A DNA stretch of 64,000 nucleotides from Octopus vulgaris (GCA_951406725.2 OX597835.1:4340001-4404000), one strand, 5' to 3'. Positions 1 to 13,668 are shown, numbered from the stretch's first letter. Made by a program: numbers and translations. Notes: generated from the sequence alone by a model not told the origin.

Positions 1-410
1 AAGCCATGTGCTAGTTATCTTGATATGAGATCACCATGTCGCGCACATGTGGCTGTGATGCATGTGCTTAGTGTGCCCTTAGCAGACGGGTAGTCATGAT
101 GGGCATGCTGGGTCTCGTATATTTTACCCCAGTCTCACTTCGATAGCAAGCACTGCCATCAATTTCAAGGGAGTGGTAAGTCGATTACATCAACCCCAAT
201 AATCAAACAGTAATTCTTTCAACGTTCCCGCAAGGACAAAAGCCAAATGTGACCTAGGCAGAATTTGATCTCACAGCCTAAACGGACGAAATGCAGCAAA
301 ACATTTTGTTCGGGATGCTAACGATCCTGCCAGCTCACCTGCTTAACAATGATGATGAGGATGACGACGACATGGTACATATGATACATATGTGTGTGTG
401 TGTCTGTCTG

Positions 411-481
<71 letters not shown>

Positions 482-533
482 GTCTGTCTGTCTGTCTGCC
501 TGCCTGCCTGCCTGTCTGCCTGCCTGCCTGTCT

Positions 534-578
<45 letters not shown>

Positions 579-869
579 ATGTCTGTCTGTCTGTAAGAGA
601 CACTACCACTCTGGAAATAGCAGTCAAAACTTGACTCTAAAATCTCTTGCTTAAGAACACAACACACAACCAGGTCTGGGAATCGAACTCATTTCCTCAT
701 GATTGTGAGACCGATGCTCTAACTACAAAGCCATGTCCCTTCATATGTGTGTGTGTGTGTGTGTGCATTAAAGCAATGCACCTTCGTCTTCCAAAAGCCA
801 TAAACTGTTACAATGTTCTATTTCTCTCCGCTATAACACAGCAAATTTATTAACTAATTTATTAACTGG

Positions 870-1338
870 GATGATCCGTGGTTGATATCTATAATATATG
901 AACAGATAAAAAAGGGTACTTTGGGTAATGTGGTCCTAGATGGACTGCGCCCAGAACACATAGCTGATCACTCCAGCAGACATGGCTTTCATCTTAGACG
1001 TGTTCGACTGGGTTTGAGTAGAATCTGAAAGACGGAGCAGCGTTTCGTGGCCATGGGTGTATAGACAATACAGAGATATTACTGGTTCCCTGCACACACA
1101 GACACACACACACCAATTGAAGGCATGAACAACACAACATCTTATTCCTAGACTGTAAAAAAACACGAGCAATATTTCACAGTCTTTTGTGAGCGTCGCA
1201 GCTGGTTTCTTTGTTGCGTCCAGAAACAGTCGATTCGCAGAACTGTAGATTTGTTACCTCAAAGACGGCTTCGTTTCTGTTGAAATAGGTGCTGCCACCT
1301 AGTGTAAGTCCATACTTCTACGCAATGTGTTGTCGTAC
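870..1338 (-). mobile_element. Decayed mariner-type transposon fragment
   Basis: Minus ORF 936..1172 reads HGHETLL...KAMSAGVISYVFW, resembling mariner TGDETW...SAGKVMAxVFWD; ends in CGTA at ~1338; interrupted by a (CA)n tract. Confidence 0.5.
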
Positions 1339-1567
1339 AGGGTGGGCGTGAATCATGTATTTATTTGAGATATTATTCAAAAATGGAGGGCAATCCAAAT
1401 TTATGTTTTTTCTTTAACAATGTGTCTCCAGATAATAAAACACAATAAAAATATTTCGCTGGCCGCCATCTTAACAGCCGCCATGTATTTAACCAATGAC
1501 TGTCCTCGCCAATCGTTAATAGTTTTTATGACAACCAGATGCTAGAAAGGAAGGGCGGAAAGGAGAC

Positions 1568-1608
<41 letters not shown>

Positions 1609-1829
1609 CATCACTCCCTCCTCTCTCACTTTTTCTCTCTCTCTCTCCCACCTCTCTATCAAGATATCAGTCTTCACTGCTTGTTACCACGGACAGCTCT
1701 GACATGATTGGGGCTTAGAAGAAGAGTGATATATACTTTTACTACTGTAGGACGTATGCCAGACGAAATACGATTCTCTCTCACTCCTTTATACACACAC
1801 ACAGATACTTATCTATATATATATACTCG

Positions 1830-1873
<44 letters not shown>

Positions 1874-1980
1874 TACAAATACACACGCATCCCAAAATAT
1901 GAATATATATGTGTGTGTGTGCGTGTGTGTGTGCATGAATGAATGTATGTCCGTTTGTATGTATACAAATGCGTATGTAT

Positions 1981-2026
<46 letters not shown>

Positions 2027-2159
2027 CCATCTATCCATCTATCCATCTATCTATCCATCTATCTATCTGTCTGTGTGTGTGTGTCTGTCTGTCTGTCTGT
2101 CTATCTACAAACGCAAACACACACACACACACACACACACACGCACTCATACACGCATA

Positions 2160-2356
2160 TACGAGGTTTTGAGTAAAAGAAAACACAGGAGGATCAATTA
2201 ATTATAATTTTACTCAACATATTCCGCCATCTGATTTACACACTTATTGCAGTGGTCCTTCAGCCATTCTAAGCCCTGCAAAAGAACTTGGAAAGTTAAG
2301 TCTGCAAGCAAGCCTTTCGCGATACACCTAAGGCCAGGAGCTTTTCAGTATCCCGC

Positions 2357-2359
<3 letters not shown>
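2160..2359. mobile_element. Mariner-derived MITE, copy 1 (left TIR partly deleted)
   Basis: TACGAGG...GCCAGGAGCTTTTCAGTATCCCGCGTA, homologous along its length to 20870-21094; TA-flanked. Confidence 0.7.
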
Positions 2360-2413
<54 letters not shown>

Positions 2414-2417
<4 letters not shown>

Positions 2418-2822
2418 GGGGTATTCAAGCTAAATTTCACAGTTTGCAGAAAGGAAAAGAAAGCACAATATCTCAGTGAAAAATAAAAGTATTAAAAAAA
2501 AAATCCCTAAAATATCAACAAGATTATGGCTAGGAGATAACAGTTTACTCAAAGTAACCGCCTCCAGGTTCCATCGCGACTTGAAGACGGTTTCGGAATC
2601 TAGTGCATGCGTTCCTCATCGTGTCTCTAGGAGGGTCTTCGAACGCTGCCTTGATCTAGGCCACCATCTCCGACTTGGTGTTGTAGGGAGAGTGATCGAT
2701 GTCTTACTATGTGCTCCACTCATGGTAATCAATGGGATTACAATCAAGGGGATTAGGAGGCTAAACATTGGGGATGGTGAAATCGAAGAAAATCTCCGAC
2801 AATCACTTCTGACTCTCTTTCA
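2414..2822 (-). mobile_element. Tc1/mariner (maT/DD37D-like) transposase 3' fragment
   Basis: Minus strand reads V*PPNPLDCNPIDYHEWS (cf. WPPNSPDxNPLDYxVW); its terminus (TTCAAGCTAAATTTCACAGTTTGCA) is shared with the copy at 27609. Confidence 0.7.
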
Positions 2823-2829
2823 ATGTATG

Positions 2830-2888
<59 letters not shown>

Positions 2889-3029
2889 TTATATGTATGT
2901 ATGTGTCTGTTCTCCCTTCATCGATACCCCCTCCATCCACACCCCACCTCCTCACATACCACTCCCACATACCCCACATTCTCATCCCAAACCCACACCC
3001 CAACCTCACATACACACACGCATGCGCAC

Positions 3030-3238
3030 CTTCGTTTTGAGATCACGAATACTTTATTATCTCTCCTTCCTAGCTCCCCTGTCTAACTACCTGTTTATTT
3101 CCTCATGTTCCTTTCTGCTGAAGAGCGTAGGCTCAAAAGGTAAAAGACTATCTAACCCTCCCGAGCGTCAAACTAATACACCTGCTTGTTGTTTATACAC
3201 CTGTCTTAATCTTTTATTTTCCTGTAAATTTCAACTAT
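3030..3238 (+). repeat. Hammerhead-bearing dispersed repeat family H1 (PLE pLTR-like), copy 1
   Basis: CTTT-CTGCTGA-A-GAGC-GTAG-GCTC-AAAAG-GTA-AAAG at 3111-3146; downstream CGAGCGTCAAACTAA...CTTGTTGTT...TAAATTTCAACT is shared with the 36568 and 13960 copies. Confidence 0.7.
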
Positions 3239-3249
3239 ATATATATAGA

Positions 3250-3704
3250 GAGAGAGATTCAGATGAATATGGTACTTAAGTTAAAGGCACCAGAATTTAG
3301 TACGGTATTATCCATACAATTTCAAAGTAAGGTGATTAGAATCAAAATAAGCAACAAGGATATCCAGAGGTAATGCAGTACGATCGTTTCATGCAACTCC
3401 ATTTAATTGAACAATGCAATCATTACATCAATTTAAAATGCAGAGCAATCTTCAGCTGTACAAAGACATAGAATTTAATTAAATTACTGGAGTGAGACAG
3501 CATTTTCTTTGTCTATCTCCTTAACATCTTGGAGGTTTTACGTATAATTATTCTAATGTGTCCATCTGTTCTAATTTAATTAAATTCTATGTCTCTGTGC
3601 AGCTCTGCATTATTATATTGATGTAATGATTGCATTGTTCAATAAAATGGAGTTACATGAAACGATCGTACTGCATCACCTCTGGATATCCTTGTTGCTT
3701 ATTT

Positions 3705-3708
<4 letters not shown>
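3250..3708. mobile_element. Inverted-repeat element (Penelope-like inverted pLTRs) containing a hammerhead motif
   Basis: Arms ~3341-3486 and ~3573-3708 are reverse complements; hammerhead core on the minus strand at 3374-3461; a truncated copy of the left flank lies at 57421-57495. Confidence 0.65.
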
Positions 3709-3752
<44 letters not shown>

Positions 3753-3927
3753 ATGTATTTATGCATGTGTGTATGTCTGTATGTATGTATGTATGTATAT
3801 ATATATATATGGATACATATACATATATTGTGCATGTGTATGTGTGTATATATATATATGCATCTATGTATATATGTATTTACAGACAGACACAGATACA
3901 GACACAAGTACACGCGCGCACACACAG

Positions 3928-3958
<31 letters not shown>

Positions 3959-4097
3959 AGATTAAAAGGATCTTTTATCCCTTTCTTTGACAAGATGGAC
4001 ATGGCTCACATGTAATGTGCTGCAATATTAAACAGCCCTTATTCATATTCATGATGTGTAACAGTATCACCGCCATTCTTGGACTTACCATTTAAGT

Positions 4098-4141
<44 letters not shown>

Positions 4142-4222
4142 AGTGGTGGTAAACATACAAAGAAATAGACAGAGACAAATATGTAGCAAAAAGGAAGGAT
4201 ATATATATATATACATATATGC

Positions 4223-4272
<50 letters not shown>

Positions 4273-5044
4273 GTAGAGAGAGAGATACACATAGAGGTAG
4301 AGAGAAGGAGAGAGAGAAACAGAGATAGAGAGAGAGATGATAGTTGAATAAAAACCTTGTCCAATTACTTTTGCACCTGCCAGCTTCTTCTTTTATCCGA
4401 ATGGTTCCTTTGTTTCCAATATTTACCAGTCTGTAATCGTTCCAGTCATCCTATTTAACATTTTTACGTCTTCATTCGTCCATTTTCTCCCTTGCTTGCC
4501 TTTCTTCTCTTGCTAAGGATCTCTTTCTTCCCGCTTTCTCTTTTTCAGCCACCAATCACTTACCAAACAATCCTATGTGCTACCAGAATCTGTGGTTACC
4601 TCTTACTGGGGCAGCGAACAAGAACGGGAAACGGCTGTTACAATAGCCGCTATTTTACGACTTCGTCTCTCCTGACAAACAGCAGCCATATTTGTGAAAT
4701 ATAGCAGCAGAGGTGGTAGCGCTCGCGGGATTATATTTCATTTAAGAACAGGCAAAGGCGGAATTTAAAGAAGGTCGTTTGACAATCATGAGGGTTAGGG
4801 TTGAGGGTGCTAAGTCACACCATGGGAGGCAGTCTTCAGTTATAGCCTACGGTGCTGATGCAAGTTTTCGAAGGGAAGTTTAGTGGACAATAACCAGTAC
4901 CCCGCTTCTCTGTTATACATACATACATACATATGTGTATACATATAGCAATATAAATAATATATAAATATATGCATATATACATACATATATGTACATA
5001 CCTACATATATATGTATATATACGTGCATATGTGGAAACAGGAC

Positions 5045-5260
5045 ATCATAAAAACGTGAATAAAAAGAGAAACGAGAACAACGAAAGAAACAAATATAGA
5101 AACGAGACAGGCAACATAAAGAACATTCCCTTCATCAGTTGTCTCCTGTTCTTTCTACACTGCGTTTCGAAGGTAGGGACAAGACGCGACTTCGTTAAAA
5201 CAGTCCTTCCCGCAAAGCAAATTAAATACAATTTGGGATTTTTTGCAGCGGGTTAAAGTG
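5045..5260 (-). repeat. Dispersed repeat homologous to 51535-51760 (PLE pLTR-like)
   Basis: Reverse complement TTAACCCGCTGCAAAAAATCCCAAATT...GACTGTTTT...AACTGATGAAGGG aligns with TTGACCCGCTATAAATCCTAAATT...AACTGTCTTT...AACTGATGAAGGG at 51537-51660. Confidence 0.55.
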
Positions 5261-5562
5261 ACACACATGCATACATACATACATACATACATACATACAT
5301 ACATACATACATACATACACACATATATATACATACATGTATACATGCATACATACTTACACGCGCTAAACGGCCAACAAAAGAACTTCAATAGAGCTCA
5401 GTGGATCAGAAAACCGACAGAGAAATATGATCGATACAAAATGCAATGTTGCTCAGTCTTCATGCAGTTAACCAGCGCTCTTGGGATTATCCTCATCACA
5501 TCACGTGATTTATAGACGCAGGGATAAAGAGTCGAGTCAAACCTTGTGGTATTTACAATAAA

Positions 5563-5783
5563 GAAGGCGGCGAGCTGGCCGGGCGAAATGCGTAGCCGTA
5601 TTTCGTCTGCCCTTACGTTCTGAGTTCAAATTCCGCCGAGGTCGACTTTGCTTTCATTCTTTCGGGGTCGATTAAATCAGTACCAGTTACGCACTGGGAT
5701 TGATATAATCGACTTAATCCGTTTGTCTGTCCTTGTTTGTCCCCTCTGTGTTTAGCCCCTTGTGGGTAGTAAAGAAATAGGTA
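5563..5783 (+). mobile_element. tRNA-derived SINE, family A
   Basis: GGCGGCGAGCTGG head, B-box GAGTTCAAATTCC, central GTCGACTTTGC..TTCAT..TTTCGGGGTCGAT domain (Meta/Sauria-like from memory); ACAATAAAGAA repeated on both sides. Confidence 0.85.
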
Positions 5784-7130
5784 TCTATAATAAAGAAACT
5801 TTATAAAGATACAATAAAGAAACTTTAATGTATCTAATTCGTAGCTAAGCACCGAACTAGATGCATTAAAGTGTTTTTTAGTATTTTAAGAGAAGGCTGA
5901 GACTGTTCTGTGTTTGCCTTCAATTTTGGGGTTTATTCTTCAATCTAGGTTCATCAACAGCAACATTTGTTTGATAACAATTTATTCCCCTCTCTCACAC
6001 ACATTCTTTATTTCAGTTACCCCTAACCAGGATAACGATAACTATCTGCTTGCGAGTTGGCGCCATATCCTTCACAAGCGACCACCGTTTACGTATTCCA
6101 TCGTTGAGTGACCAAAAGAAAGAAAAGAAAGATAACTTCGAAATAACCTCCAAATTGTTGCGTATCGTCGTATGAGATGAGGTGTCCGTGTAAATGAGAA
6201 ACTAAAACCAAACCAAAGAAAATAGAGAAGCGCGTGAAATATATTAGATTTACTTCTCTGATAAGAGTGATTAACGAACTAATAAGGCGAAACTGGGGCG
6301 CTGTATGACGCCATTTTGGAAACGCTTGAGTTGGCAGCCATATCATCTCTATGCATTTCGCTTTTAACAAACATTCTTTATTAGACTTCCGTTGAAGAAA
6401 AAGAAAGAAAGAAAAAATGTAGAAAATAAATGGCACTTTCGTTGTTTTATCATATTTGTTTATTTTCTTACTTATCGTGGCATCACTGAGTGAAATTTCG
6501 AAGCCGAAGTTTAACAATGCTTGTAAATAGTATATTATGACAGGTTCGGCATCGTATTTCTGACACCTCACTTAATAAAGCAACCAGCAAAATAAATTGT
6601 ATTTTAAGCGGATCAAGTCCTGAATAAACATCTTAAATATAAATGATTTCAGGGTTTAAAGATCAAGGAGGGTTTCTCATGTAATGAGATGGGAAGAGAA
6701 GGAGCGAAGATACCTCATTAACTTGTTTACCAAGTTTAAATCTGATATTAATTTAAGCATGTTTATAAGAGACAACGTATATATATATACACACACCCAT
6801 AAATATATACACACATTCGCGGCATGCATGTGTGTGTGTGCGTGTGAGTACATATATGTGTGTTTGCGTGTGCGGGTGGGTACATATGTGTAAACATAAT
6901 GTTTATACATTTTCTTATATATAAAAGATTTTGTGATATAAATATGCATAGACATGAAAGCATATACACACGCATATGTATACATGCATATGCATAAGTG
7001 CATATATATGGGCGTAGCCGGGATCTGGACTGGGTGGATCATTAAAATGCAACCAATTTTTAAACACTAAATTCATGAAAAAAAAATGATTACACACACT
7101 CACACAGACACAGACACAGACACACACTCA

Positions 7131-7175
<45 letters not shown>

Positions 7176-7671
7176 ATACATACACACACACTGCAACACC
7201 TTAACCATTAGGCGTGTGGTCTACTGGTTAGGGTATGGCGCTAACGATAGCCTGATCGTGGGCTCGATTTCCGAGTCGGGTGGCGTGTTGTGCTTTTGTG
7301 CAAAACACTTCATTTCACTTTGCTCTTGTGGCTGGCAGAAATGTAGAATCGTTGGAGCATCTGCAGAAATGCTTTATCGTATATCTTCCAGCTCTCCACA
7401 TTCAGAGTTCAAATCCCACCTGCCTGGAAAAGGTAACGGGAAGTACTTCAGTATACATCCAAAGTCAAGTCATGGTAGCCAAAGTTCTAGTAATCTACAT
7501 AACGGTGAGGAGGGAGGGCATGGACCATCTCAAGTCGTCCAGAGAGTAAGGAACCGAAACAATGAAGTATGCCTTCACAGTCAAGACTCTTTATAAATTC
7601 CATTATTTCCTTTCTGGAACTTCATAAATGATCATTTCACCTCCATGAACGATATACTAGTAATGGACACC

Positions 7672-8085
7672 TTACATGTCTTATGAAGAAAGGCTGAAGA
7701 CGCTCGACCTTTATTCTCTAGAAAAACGACGACGCCGTGGTGATCTCATTCTTGCTCACAACATCATAAGCGGAAAATGTAACATCTCGAAAGAGCTGTT
7801 CTTCACTCCTGCTCCAGAGCGTAGGCTGCGGGGTCACTCCGAAAAGCTCTATCTGCGACGATTTCATCTCCGTCCGGGTTGCGGATCCGTGGAATAAGCT
7901 GCCGGACGAGATAGTGAATATGCCGACGACCGCTCGGTTCAGTCTCCCTTGACCGGAAATGGCCTGAACTCTTTGCATGAACACCATCCTATACATAACT
8001 CCATGTCCCCCTACATGGCCTTGCTTTTTGCTTTTTGAGCCAAAAATTAACTTAACTTAACTTAACTTAACTTAACTTAACTAAC
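7672..8085 (+). mobile_element. 5'-truncated CR1-group LINE (ORF2 C-terminus, 3'UTR, (TTAAC)n tail)
   Basis: YEERLKTLDLYSLEKRRRRGDLI matches the CR1-type ORF2 C-terminal motif; short tandem tail; second copy at 31308-31598. Confidence 0.85.
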
Positions 8086-8354
8086 ATCACAAATTTATCG
8101 GCAGGGCTCATTCTACTCCTACAATTTTGTTTAGTGATCAGTTCATATCCAGAAATTCCTCACGCGTGACTACTGATTAGGGTAATTTGGCTGATGGTCA
8201 TAGTGTCATTATTTCGATACTTGGAGCGAGTGGCGAGTCGTGTCCTGGAGTAAAGCAATTCATCTCACGCTGCTGCTCCACTCTGCTCAGTTGTTAATGA
8301 GTACAAACCGGGCGCCTGTGCAGCTCCCTCTGTCTCCAGCTGTTAAATACTAGA

Positions 8355-8595
8355 AATACCTATTTCTTTACTACCCACAAGGGGCTAAACATAGAGGGGA
8401 CAAGCAAGGACAGACAAACGGAGATTAAGTCGATTATATCGACCCCAGTGCGTAATTGGTACTTATTCAATCGACCCCGAAAGGATGAAAGGCAAAGTCG
8501 ACCTCGGCGGAATTTGAACTCAGAACGTAACGGCAGACGAAATACGGCTACGCATTTCGCCCGGCGTGCTAACGATTCTGCCAGCTCGCCACCTG
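8355..8595 (-). mobile_element. SINE family A, full length with target-site duplication
   Basis: Reverse complement of the family A sequence; GTTAAATACTAGA duplicated at 8342-8354 and 8598-8610. Confidence 0.9.
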
Positions 8596-8747
8596 CAGTT
8601 AAATACTAGATATACCACTGGATCAAGAGTGAGATAGCTGAGACTTTCTCTATGTCTGCAGAATCATCTAAAACAATTAGCGAAAGTATGGAACATATTA
8701 CCAAGCCATACTCGCTCGCGAGTGACGGCTTGCTGTCCATTATTTCC

Positions 8748-8985
8748 CACAAGACTCCCTATTAATATTTCTAAAATTTATCCATAAATCTCCTTATCAA
8801 CAATGGTAATATAATCACCATAAATCCGTTATCCATATTAGTAGTTTCACTCCCACAAATGCTTAGATTAACGATGGTTAATTTCAACCGTCCCAAATTC
8901 CCTAATTAACAGCGGTCGCTACATTCACAGAATACCCCTAATTTACAGCGGTCATTGATACCTCTAATTAACAGTAATTATTTCA
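8748..8985. repeat. Degenerate ~35-bp minisatellite (6-7 units)
   Basis: Recurring CAyAAAT.CC.TAATTAACAG.GGT..TTTCA-like units. Confidence 0.55.
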
Positions 8986-9646
8986 CCTCACTTTTATTTG
9001 ATCTGTGTTCATATTTACAGAAAAGAAAAAAAATTCTGTTCGTTAACATTTCTTCAGTTTGACTGTAATATCAACCAAACGGTGTCGACACATTTGCAGT
9101 TATAAATTTTCAATAAGTGACTCTCACATGAAGAAGTTGACAGTTAATAAATTATGTACGACATTCCAATGAAAAAGATACTATTAATTAATCCAATAAA
9201 AAGAAAAAAACTATAACTACAAATTTCCACTGTGACAAAGATACTGTTGATTGTTACCAATAAATGATATTATTAATTGCTTTAACGATTTAGCGACGAA
9301 GCTCTTCTAATAACATTCCTCTTAATTGTTATTTATTTGAAAGTTGAAGATACAGTAGCAGTGCAGTTGATCTTGTCTCGTTGGGAAAGTAAGTAAATTG
9401 TTATCGTTATGAATAATTCTTAAAAAGAGAGCCAAGGGAGGTAAATCTGAATTTGAATTTAAATTAGGACTTGAATTTATGTTGATCTATGTCGAGTGAA
9501 TCTGGTTCCAGAGGATTTCTTGATCGATTTTTCAAAATATGAACTGTTATTATTAATACAGTCAATACTGCATATGTGTGCGTGTTGTTGTTGTTGTTGT
9601 TCTTGTTGTTAAGTAACAAGACCGGTAAGGGTGATTAGGTGATGGT

Positions 9647-9801
9647 CTAGGGCTTAGGGGCGGGAGACCCCAGACCGTGGAAAAAAAAATTTGGTCGTCT
9701 TGTTGTTGTCGAGGGCACATCGTTGACGCCCGACACTTCTGGGAGGTGGCCCTCGAAGTCGCTGGAAATGGAGATATCCAGGTCCAAATTCTTGAACGGC
9801 T
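9647..9801 (-). CDS. Candidate terminal coding exon of an unidentified host gene
   Basis: Unique GC-rich island; CAG acceptor (phase 1) then EPFKNLDLDISISSDFEGHLPEVSGVNDVPSTTTRRPNFFFHGLGSPAPKP* with many C/G-ending codons; in-frame alternative acceptor at 9897; AT-rich downstream region has minus-strand AATAAA near 9335 and 8995. No homology recognised. Confidence 0.35.
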
Positions 9802-9829
9802 CTGTGTGTGTGTGTGTGTGTGTGTGTGC

Positions 9830-9885
<56 letters not shown>

Positions 9886-10014
9886 TCAACATATTATCTG
9901 TAACAACAACGTAAGCAACAACATCAACAACAACAAAATAGCAACATAAGCCAACAAAAAGAGTATTTTATTAGATTATTCGATAAGCTAGAAGTAGCAA
10001 CCAAATCATAGATT

Positions 10015-10051
<37 letters not shown>

Positions 10052-10073
10052 GTAAATAGATAGATAGATAGAT

Positions 10074-10265
<192 letters not shown>

Positions 10266-11212
10266 AAACAGATTCGTTGTTTACAGAAAATTATTTCGGT
10301 TCTAATGGACAAAATCGTACAGAAAACCTTTTTGAAATTACTTATTCTGCGTCAACAGATTTTAAAAACTAATTGTTTTCGCACGAACCACAGAACAAGA
10401 AAATTGATATCTTTGCTAAAACTATCAAACTCATTTAGATATAATTTCTCATATAGCAATAATTTATATATTTATTTTTAATGAGTCCTGGTATATTGTA
10501 TATTCCATGAACGTCTAATCGCTGTTGTTTTACAGCATCGGAGAACACCTCTCCCATTTTGAAGACGATTTGTGTTCATAAGACGCGTCATTCATCAATG
10601 TGGGGGAGATTTTGAGACACAGTAGTGTTTCGATCTCACAATGGTTTTGCTCAGTCGAAGATCCTCCGCCGGATCGATGAGTCTAGCGAAATCAGTAGCA
10701 CATTCACACACACACACACAGAAATCGTTCGAAGACATTCATCGTTCCATTTTCAGGATTTAGTGGTGTTGGTCTGTTCTACAGCCTCTTTATAGTCAAC
10801 TGGTCCAATGTGTTTGATGTAGTCATTATTATCAGTGTTTTAATGTATGAACTTGAGATTTTAAAGGTTGTGTAATGGCCAGCAGCATACGCTAACGTCA
10901 TTTCATCCAGAAGGTGAGACTACGATTTATGATTTATGATTGTTGATAGTGGCCATGGGAACTATATGGTAAGGAACTCAGGAAATATGAAAATACTTTG
11001 GGAAATTAGACTAAATCTTCGTGTGCAATCGTCTCTTACGAAATGTGGGACTCAGTGTCACTGTGCACAGCTTTATACACACACACACACACATACACAC
11101 ACACACACACACACACATACACACACACACACTCACACACAGATATACACATAGGCAACCGCGCGCATATACACACTCAGACACATACACACTTTCCACA
11201 CGTTTCTTGTTT

Positions 11213-11630
11213 TCTTATTTCTTTACTGCCCACAAGGGGCTAAACACAGAGGGAACAAACAAGGACAGACAAAGGGATTAAGTCGATTACATCGACCCCA
11301 GTGCGTAACTGGTACTGATTTAATCGACCCCGAAAGGATGAAAGGCAAAGTCGACCTCGGCGGAATTTGAACTCAGAAGGTAAAGACAAACGAAATACCT
11401 AATTCTTTACTATCCACAAGTACTAAACACAGAAAGGGCAAACAAGGACAGACAGACGGATTAAGTCGATTATATCGACCCCAGTGCGTAACTGGTACTA
11501 AATTTATCGACCCCGAAAGGATGAAAGGCAAAGTCGACCTCGGCGGAATTTGAACTCAGAACGTAACGGCAGACGAAATACGGCTACGCATTTCGCCCGG
11601 GGCGCTAACGAGTCTGCCAGCTCGCCGCCC
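11213..11630 (-). mobile_element. SINE family A head-to-tail dimer
   Basis: GGCAAAGTCGACCTCGG at 11344 and 11527 (183-bp period); single tRNA head at the right end. Confidence 0.85.
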
Positions 11631-11729
11631 TTGAAAAGGGGCATATATATATATAGCGTTGATTGTGTAGAAGTGTTGTTCATGGTGGCTATTGACGGCG
11701 AGGTAAAACAATGGCAGAGGCGTTGGTAG

Positions 11730-12370
11730 GGGATGTTGTTGTTGATGATGATGATGGTGGTGATGGTGATAATGATGGTGATAATGATGACGATGGTGGT
11801 GGTGGTGATGATGATGATGGTGGTGGTGGTAGTGATGATGATGATGACGGTGATGATGATGATGATGACGGTGATGGTGGTGGTGATGTCGATGGTGATC
11901 GAAACGATTGCTTGGTCAAAGGTTAAAGGTAATTCAATCATCTTTCGATTAACTTCAATCAGTCACGTGTTTATGTTACAGCGTGTTGGTTGTAGTGGTG
12001 GGTGTTGTGGCGGGGTGGAGGGAAAATTACCATCTGGTCATTGAATCAAGTTTTGGTGATTCTTATAGTATTGGCAGTAGGCATAGTGGTGGTAGTGATG
12101 GTGGTGGTATTAGTAGTAGTGGTGATAATGGTAGCAGTGGTGGTGGTGGTAGTGGTAACGGTGGTGATGGTGGTAGTAGTGGTGGTGGTGATGGTGGTGG
12201 TAGTGGTGCTGTGGTGGTAGTAGTGGCAGTGGCGGTGGTGATGGTGGTGGTAATGGTGGTAGTAGGGATGATGGCGGTGATGGTGGTGTGGTGGTAGTGG
12301 TGGTGGTGATGGTGGTGGTGGTGGTGGTGGTGGAGGTTGTGGTGGTGGTGGTGGTGGTGGTGGTGGTATG
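11730..12370. repeat. Compound (GAT/GGT/AGT)n trinucleotide low-complexity tract
   Basis: Directly visible. Confidence 0.9.
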
Positions 12371-13668
12371 ATTGTTGTTTAACCCCGGTCAGTCCTGATT
12401 CTATGAACCAGTAACGAAAGACTTCTCAGTCGTGACCATCTCCACTTTTTATTTATACATTTAAGATTACAGCCGCCATTGCAGGATTCCTTTTCTAAGA
12501 CGGTAGAGTGTAGACGAAGAGATCTTGGCTACTGTTTCTAACATATCGAACGACCCCATCGATGTTACCTCATTGTTCCGTTGTCATTGGTGGCGGCGGT
12601 GGTGACGGGGCGAGTGACATTGATCTATTCACTGTTGTTTTGGTGTGGTGCTGATGTTATAGACGCGAGTTATTTACATATGTGCTAATGTTAGTGGTTG
12701 TGGTGGTGGTGGTGGTGGTGGTGGTAATGGTGGTGGTGTGCATTGGTGATGCTAATGAAGACGGCGGGTGTTAGATGTGTTCTTCCGCCTCTTATTTAAA
12801 AATGAGGGTGGCAAAGGTAAGCTGTTTGATGGATGAACTGTCAGGACGAGTCTAAGTCAAAAGTAGGGGTGGGTGGAGACAAAGGTGTAAAGTTAGACTT
12901 CTCACATGTGGTGGTTGTGGTAGTGGTAGTTGTGGTGGTGGTGGCGGTGGTGGTGATGGGGTTGTGAAGGCTGTTGGTATGTTAATGTTATCTGTTAATT
13001 TATCATTAATGATCTTCCCTTCTCCCGCTCTCCTGTGTTTAAATACAAACCCGAAGTGTTAAGTTTATTAAGGGACAGAGATTGTGTGTGTGTGTCGGTA
13101 GCAGTTATCGGAAGAGTTCAATAAGTTCATTGAGTTTGCGGTGGGACAGGGGTGGAGGTGCGTCTGATATTTTGGGTCTTTGCTCTTCATCTGTGAGTGA
13201 GGAGAAAATCGTGTTATCGTTTTGTTTTAGTCGAAGAAAGTGGGGCAATTGGGTGCGGATACAGGAAATAATTTCAGTTCTAAAATGGATTCCTCATTAA
13301 ATTATAAAGTACAATAATTGGAAAAGACTGGAGTTGGTTGTTCGATTTAGTAGAAATAGCAACTAAATCATTTCCTCATGAACAAAGACGATGGATGGAT
13401 TGTCAAGGATTATAAATCTGTCCAATGAAAATTGACGGAGAGGCCAGACCACAACAACAGCAATAGGAATAGAAAGGTACAGATAACCCACCCTCACAAC
13501 CATCAGTAACAACAACAAAAACAACAACAACAAGATGATAATGAACAGCCAGAAACCAACAATAATGTTAAATACAACGATTTGAAATGAACTCGGGAAA
13601 TGAAGTCTTTTTACAGTTCACTGAATTAAGGACTCTTATTTTTGTCTCTTACTTTCTTTCCCTCTTGC

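Noticed and set aside
4549-6111. Plus-strand acceptor-like sites with 15-40 open codons (4549, 6018; also 21821, 24350, 30503, 52958)
   Set aside because: Pyrimidine tracts are mostly CT-rich repeats, frame lengths are near chance expectation, and no donors or homology were recognised.
6089-6571. 160-aa minus-strand ORF outside microsatellites
   Set aside because: Non-ATG start, F/L/I-rich composition typical of T-rich non-coding DNA, no motif.
7216-7596. 126-aa plus-strand ORF
   Set aside because: First half is made of SINE family C and A fragments; no recognisable domain.
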